Assembly: GCA_000002445.1 (NCBI GenBank)
Contig: CH464491.1
Span: 2,464,001 to 2,528,000, forward strand
Reading direction: 5' to 3'
DNA from: Trypanosoma brucei
Lineage: Eukaryota
Length of the DNA stretch: 64,000 bases
Positions 59,143-64,000 of the stretch are shown here, piece by piece (position 1 is the stretch's first letter; each line of letters opens with the position of its first letter). The position numbers and the translations under genes are program-made. The notes beneath the pieces are model-generated. The model did no database searches. It saw only the letters and a program-made list of their open reading frames with translations, and had not been told where the DNA came from.

Positions 59143-61806
59143 TCAATCCCTGCTTCCTTCACTGCCTCGCCCACTGATATCCTCAGTTCCTGACCTTTTC
59201 ATCGCTTCACTGGCTTGGTCACTGCCAATCTCCTCAGCATCTACTTTTGCTGCTTCACTGGTTTGCTTACTCTCCGTGTCCTCGGTGTCTGGATCTTTTG
59301 CTGCTTCGCTTGTTCTCTCACTCGCACCTTCTGTACCAGACCTTTTCATCGCTTCACTGGCTTGGTCACTGCCAATCTCCTCAGCATCTACTTTTGCTGC
59401 TTCACTGGTTTGTTTACTCTCCGTGTCATCGTTGTCTGGATCTTTTGCTGCTTCGCTCGTTTTCTCATTCGCATCCTCTGTATCAGATGGCTTCCGCGCT
59501 TCACTTGTCCATTCACTGTCAATCTCCTCAGTGTCCGCCTCTTTTGCTGTTTCGCTTATCTGTTTACTGCCAATCTCCTCAGTCTCCGCCTCTTTTGCCG
59601 CACCACTCGCCTCGTTGCCTTCAATATCCCCGGTATCTGGATCTTTTGCTGCTTCACTGGCTTGTTTACTGCCAATCTCCTCAGCATCTTCTTCTTTTGC
59701 TGCTTCGCTCGTTTTCTCATTCGCATCCTCCGTATCAGATGGTTTCCCCGCCTCACATGACTGCTCGTCCCCAAACTGTTCATCGGCATATTCTTCATTG
59801 GCAACCTCCTGTGCGGCGCCTTCCTCATCCGCATTGGCACCTCCATCGGCAACAGCGTCCTCAGCAGCGACAGTGTCTTGCGCAATAGGAGGTTCTGTGA
59901 CTTGCCCCTCCTCAACCTCAACGTCACCTTCTCCACCAGCCCCATTCTCAACTGCAGAACGGGAGTGTTGGCTTGTGGAACCCTCGTGCAAACGCGAGGC
60001 GCTACCACCGGGGGCGCCCTCAGCGTGTTCACCCTTTGGAGCCTCAACACCACTGGTACTTCTCATACGCCCAACTGAAGAGGCGGAAGGAGGTGCCCCT
60101 GAGCCACCAAAGTTGTTTTGAGTTGCAACGGATGGCAGGGACAGCTCATGTCCCAGTCCGAGGGAACGTTCGTAGAGGGCAATTATGTCGGCTGAGGCGG
60201 ACAGTTTATCTTCATCTTCGCAGATTCGTTTAGCGTATGGTTCGAGTACTTGCCTGAATTGTTCATCCCCAACATTCTCAACAAACTCCAGCACAAGATG
60301 ATTATCTGACGCCTCTTTCACGTTGAATTTCGTGAACCACGGGGTTAAAACAGTGAACACTCCATTTTCGCCCGTTTCTTCAAGTTGGATCACGTTGGGA
60401 ATCCCACAAATCTCCACCTTAAAGGCAGCCTCCGTTTCTCCACTCGAAGAGAGTCGGCTGAGAGGCGGTAAAACAACTTGGCCTCCTTCCTTGGCGTTCT
60501 CGATCTGGTTCACTTGGCCGGCCTCATCACAACAATAATAAAACGGTTTAGCGTCAGTCACTTCTGACGTGCAGTGGCAGATGACTGTATATGCGAGTGT
60601 GGGGTAGTTTTTGAGTAGCGTACCCCCTGCCAACTCATCCGCCAATTCCTGCCGCACTCCAGTAAGTTCCTCAAGTTTGTCACCGTTGCATGATATCAGG
60701 AGTTGAGCCAGTTTAGCGTAAGCAATGCTTCCAGACGGATATTTCTCTGCCGCAGCGTGACACATAATGTGAATATTTTCCGCAGCGACGTTGCAACCGC
60801 TCAGATAAGCTTCCACAGTGGGTAAATCGGCGACAAGAGCCAGAGCGTCCTCCGCATCCTTCTCCGCCTCCTCACATGACATGAGAACGAACCGGCTGTT
60901 ACCCGAGCCATCCGGCTGTATTGCCAAGACTCGATGCCATATCTCCGGTTTCCATTCTGTACGGGCATCGCAGTGGGAACTGAGCACATTGACGAAGCTC
61001 CCAGTTAGTGCGGTGTCGTCTGCGGGCTGGTCCCCAGACGCCTTGCGTTTGCCGCTATCAGCGGGTGTTTCTTCGCTCTTGCTCAAGAAAGGGAAGACGT
61101 TGATAAAAGCCGTCTCTATCGCCTGACCGGCAGTCCACTTGTCGAGTGCACTGACGCTTACTTTATCACCATCAACACCGATAACCTCCGCAAGAGTACT
61201 CTCCTCTTTAGCAGAGAGAGGCCTGGCCGTCCCGACGTGCTCAAGTATGGCACGCATAAAGGACTCCCAGAAGACTTCAGACTCCCCTTCACCAAAGTAA
61301 CGCCCCCAAAAGTCAAGCAATGGCTTGCTTTCCGTGCACTCCTTGGCGGGTTTTTGGGAGCGGCACAGCTCAATAACGTAATTGATTATCTTGGGTGTGT
61401 TAATGCCCTCTATAGAGGTACGTTTCCTGCCTTCTTTAAAAAATACAAAGTAAGACTTCGATTTTCCGCGCCGGCTCTCAAGGATATCCTTCCAGAACGG
61501 TGCCAAGGATTCTCGAAACTTTACCTTGTCATCTGTTTTCATGTGCTGATGGTGCTCCTCTGTCTGGTCAATGCTCTCGAGAATGGAGTTGCACTCCACG
61601 GAGAGAAAACGAAGATACGCCTGATCAGAAGCGTCCATTTGCAAGCGCCTAAAGGTCTCAGACAGCGCCTTGCTAAGTCCCCACTCGGAACTGTACACAT
61701 CTAGTACCGCCACCCCATGTTGCTCATGTATAAGCCGAAGCTCCTGCTCCAGTTTCACGGCATTTGTGATGTCCTGTACAATTTCTGTGCGGTTTTGCTG
61801 TTGCAT
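59143..61806 (-). CDS. Hypothetical protein with a thioredoxin-like N-terminal region lacking CxxC and a C-terminal acidic tandem-repeat array (51-aa unit)
   Basis: First ATG at 61806; the track start 61824 is TTG. N-terminus VAVLDVYSSEWGLSKAL resembles a thioredoxin-fold strand-loop with the CxxC replaced. The C-terminal about 200 aa consist of SEAAKDPDTEDTESKQTSEAAKVDAEEIGSDQASEAMKRSGTE repeats. Confidence 0.6.
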   Translation of the reverse strand: MQQQNRTEIVQDITNAVKLEQELRLIHEQHGVAVLDVYSSEWGLSKALSETFRRLQMDASDQAYLRFLSVECNSILESIDQTEEHHQHMKTDDKVKFRESLAPFWKDILESRRGKSKSYFVFFKEGRKRTSIEGINTPKIINYVIELCRSQKPAKECTESKPLLDFWGRYFGEGESEVFWESFMRAILEHVGTARPLSAKEESTLAEVIGVDGDKVSVSALDKWTAGQAIETAFINVFPFLSKSEETPADSGKRKASGDQPADDTALTGSFVNVLSSHCDARTEWKPEIWHRVLAIQPDGSGNSRFVLMSCEEAEKDAEDALALVADLPTVEAYLSGCNVAAENIHIMCHAAAEKYPSGSIAYAKLAQLLISCNGDKLEELTGVRQELADELAGGTLLKNYPTLAYTVICHCTSEVTDAKPFYYCCDEAGQVNQIENAKEGGQVVLPPLSRLSSSGETEAAFKVEICGIPNVIQLEETGENGVFTVLTPWFTKFNVKEASDNHLVLEFVENVGDEQFRQVLEPYAKRICEDEDKLSASADIIALYERSLGLGHELSLPSVATQNNFGGSGAPPSASSVGRMRSTSGVEAPKGEHAEGAPGGSASRLHEGSTSQHSRSAVENGAGGEGDVEVEEGQVTEPPIAQDTVAAEDAVADGGANADEEGAAQEVANEEYADEQFGDEQSCEAGKPSDTEDANEKTSEAAKEEDAEEIGSKQASEAAKDPDTGDIEGNEASGAAKEAETEEIGSKQISETAKEADTEEIDSEWTSEARKPSDTEDANEKTSEAAKDPDNDDTESKQTSEAAKVDAEEIGSDQASEAMKRSGTEGASERTSEAAKDPDTEDTESKQTSEAAKVDAEEIGSDQASEAMKRSGTEDISGRGSEGSRD
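59186..59760. repeat. 153-nt (51-codon) tandem repeat, about 3.5 copies with internal sub-repeats, inside the - strand CDS 59143-61806
   Basis: Direct reading: gaccttttcatcgcttcactggcttggtcactgccaatctcctcagcatctacttttgctgcttcactgg... recurs at 59186 and 59339, with degenerate copies further on. Plus-strand ORFs 59138-60121, 59215-59760 and 59247-59888 are repeat shadows. Confidence 0.85.
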
Positions 61807-63501
61807 TACCACGCAGTAAAACAAGACACTTATAAGTCAACTGCAGTAAACCTTCTAAGCACTGCACCGTGGAGGGATGTGCGTCGAAGAATTGCGGGGG
61901 AAACGGTAGGAAAGAGATAGTCGAAAGGGGTTGCGGAACATGATAAGCACAGAAAGAATACTGAAATCGGCATTTTTTTGTCAGAGGGGAAAGGAAAAAG
62001 AAAAAGAAAATTTCCCTCCCAGACACATGGAAGATAACTAAATAATACTGATAACAACGAGACACACAACGCACAGTAATCACCAGCGTTTTTCTTCCTT
62101 CCCTTGGCATGGTTCGGTTCCACCCCACATAGATTTCGCATTCAATAAAAGAAAAAAAGAAAACATCATCAATCTTTCCCCCTCGGGGGGGGGGAGAGGG
62201 AATGATTGTTTCAAATTCCCCCGCTCCATCCTCACTACAGGGCTACATGCAAGCAAGGTCAACAGTTCACAAACAAACAGACAAAGGAAGGGATCTTTTC
62301 AGATGCGGGTCCCACAATTCCAACAGAACTGCGCCGTTGGCCGTCTCTGCTCTACTCCACAGTTTGAACATGCCTTCAGCAGTTCCTGCGCATGGGAGGC
62401 GTCCAGTGGGGGGAGCCGCGACGGCACGCAATTTCTAACGCCCCCGTCACGGCCGTGAGGACACGCGCCGACGGACGCGTTCGCAGGACTGTGAGGAGGC
62501 GAAACACTAACAATCCCTCCTAGCACAGCCCCTTCAGATGCAACGGGGTTTGTGCAACGTAACTTCCCCTTATTATTCGCATGCAGAAGGCGCAAGGATG
62601 GATGTTTACTTTGGGGAGAGGGGAGCTGCAAAGGTTCTTGCGTATTCGCTCCCTGCCGCTGAGCCGCTCCACTCGTGCTGCGCACCCGCGGGGGAGAAGC
62701 GACTGCGTCGCTGGAGTTGCGGCGCTTCGAGGAATGTGTCGCGGGACAAGTAGCTTGAACGTCTTCCCAAATCACTTGCAGCTCCTCCAGTTTCAGTTCC
62801 AACTGGGACAGCTCTACCTTCTCCTCCCCTTCCATACTGAAATTTTTCGATTAGTCAGTATACGCGCATATTCGTGTGACGAACGGCAAGGTGTTGAGAG
62901 AATGAAATAGGGGAGAGAGTACGTAGATGTATGCATTTACAAATAAATAAATACATATATATGTATATATATATATATGTGTGTATCAGTGTAAAGGTGA
63001 AAATGAACAAACAAAAAGTGTGGACACGAAAATCGGAGATGAACGACGCCCTCCATCCCGCCCTCGGGGTGCCTGTCCATCACTTGGTAACACGGCAAAA
63101 AGGGAAGAAGCAAATTTCTTTTATCTCCCATATCACATCCCCCACACCGTCAGTGTATGTGTTTCTCCTTCAAGCATTTCCGTTCCTTCCTATACGCATG
63201 TGTGCACACCCGCGCACGTGTGCCGTGACACATCTGGCCAACTTGTCTTATGCCCCTTGCGGTAAAATACGGAAGAAGGAGCTTCGCCCCCTCTTCGCCT
63301 CTTCACCTCCGCCCAGCCGTCAATGTTATACCCTCTGGAGGCAGCGACGCCGACACGGCACCACGGCCGCCACAGCATTACAGAACAACAGCAACAAAAC
63401 ATACAAACAGAAAGAAGAATGAGGGGGAAGAAAAAGAGAGAGAACAGTAATGTCCATTTAGAAAAAATGGCGTCGTTTTTTCTTGCTCTTTTTCATTTCC
63501 T

Positions 63502-64000
63502 TCAGATAGATGACTCTGGATTGAAGAGGTAGTATCGTATCGTGGGAAGCTGATCATTGACGCAGTTCCTCATTCTGCTGGACAGCGTCCAGTTGCACAC
63601 GATGTGGCCGTCGTGGGACTTAACGACGACGCCGCCCAGTGCCTCCTCTGCGTTAAGATATTCTTTACCCATACGGATGCTCACTCGTGTTCCCACTGTT
63701 TTGAGGTACCACTGCTCGAGTTCACTGAGCATGCCGGTAACAATTGGCTCATCATTCTTGCAAGTGTAAACGATGGCGTCCGTGCGCACGGCAGAGAGAG
63801 CTTCATGCAGGATGGAGACTAGGAGCTTTTTGTAGCTGTCAGTGTTCTTCACAAAAGCCATCAGCTTCGTCTTGATATTCTCCTTTAGTTGTTCCACAAT
63901 ATTAGACTGGGCCTCCATGATGCGCAGCCGTTGTGCCTTGGAGAAGTTCGCCCGCGCCACGCGCCGACCGACATCCACCTGTTTTAACTTTTGCTCATTA
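63502..64000 (-). CDS. V-type H+-ATPase subunit E (partial; N-terminus lies beyond the window end)
   Basis: The - strand reading frame stays open to position 64000; the track 'start' at 63978 is GTG. Aligns to V-ATPase subunit E: AQRLRIMEAQ matches QRLKIMEYY, DSYKKLLVSILHEAL matches TRYQVLLDGLVLQGL, and the C-terminal GGVVVKSHDGHIVCNWTLSSRM matches [22 protein letters not shown]. Confidence 0.75.
   Translation of the reverse strand, partial: NEQKLKQVDVGRRVARANFSKAQRLRIMEAQSNIVEQLKENIKTKLMAFVKNTDSYKKLLVSILHEALSAVRTDAIVYTCKNDEPIVTGMLSELEQWYLKTVGTRVSIRMGKEYLNAEEALGGVVVKSHDGHIVCNWTLSSRMRNCVNDQLPTIRYYLFNPESSI

Noticed and set aside
1-64000. Prokaryotic-style interpretation (operons, CRISPR arrays, defence islands)
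   Set aside because: There are no direct-repeat/spacer arrays. Gene content is eukaryotic (proteasome RPN2, Vps15, V-ATPase E, PX-AGC kinase), and ORFs of 1-6 kb sit in unidirectional clusters with polypyrimidine spacers. This is a trypanosomatid nuclear locus.

Overview
This window reads as a eukaryotic, trypanosomatid-type chromosomal segment, not a prokaryotic one. Genes are long, intron-less ORFs packed head-to-tail in one orientation (+ strand, about 900 to 55,300) and then in the opposite orientation (- strand, about 58,000 to the window end). The two blocks meet at a 2.7-kb convergent strand-switch region. Intergenic spacers carry polypyrimidine tracts followed by AG, (AAAT)n(AT)n microsatellites and G/C homopolymers. 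Three observations point to Trypanosoma cruzi or a close relative. First, there is a phosphonopyruvate-decarboxylase-like gene. Second, there is a nearly identical ~428-bp repeat pair in inverted orientation (positions ~24.4 kb and ~52.8 kb), matching the length of the SIRE element. Third, two genes carry in-frame tandem repeats typical of repetitive antigens. The species assignment is inference only. I identified 23 protein-coding genes. Family-level calls from recognisable motifs are: a Vps15-like kinase with WD40 repeats, an NSUN5-like RNA m5C methyltransferase, proteasome subunit RPN2, a PX plus zinc-finger AGC kinase, a Pus7/TruD pseudouridine synthase, a Rad3/XPD-family Fe-S helicase, a Kelch-repeat protein, a phosphonopyruvate-decarboxylase-like thiamine-diphosphate (TPP) enzyme, COQ2, a leucine-rich-repeat protein, the octanoyltransferase LipB, and a partial V-ATPase subunit E. 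The remaining hypothetical proteins were given descriptive calls: an Mdm12/Mdm34-like SMP-domain protein, a spermidine-synthase-like methyltransferase, a pseudokinase, a BTB-like protein, a dually acylated protein, a type-I membrane protein and a mitochondrial-presequence protein, plus two repeat-rich proteins. The supplied ORF track uses GTG/TTG/CTG as start codons. Where a gene's track start was non-ATG I moved it to the first plausible in-frame ATG after a polypyrimidine tract. I found no rRNA, tRNA, SL-RNA or CRISPR sequence by eye.
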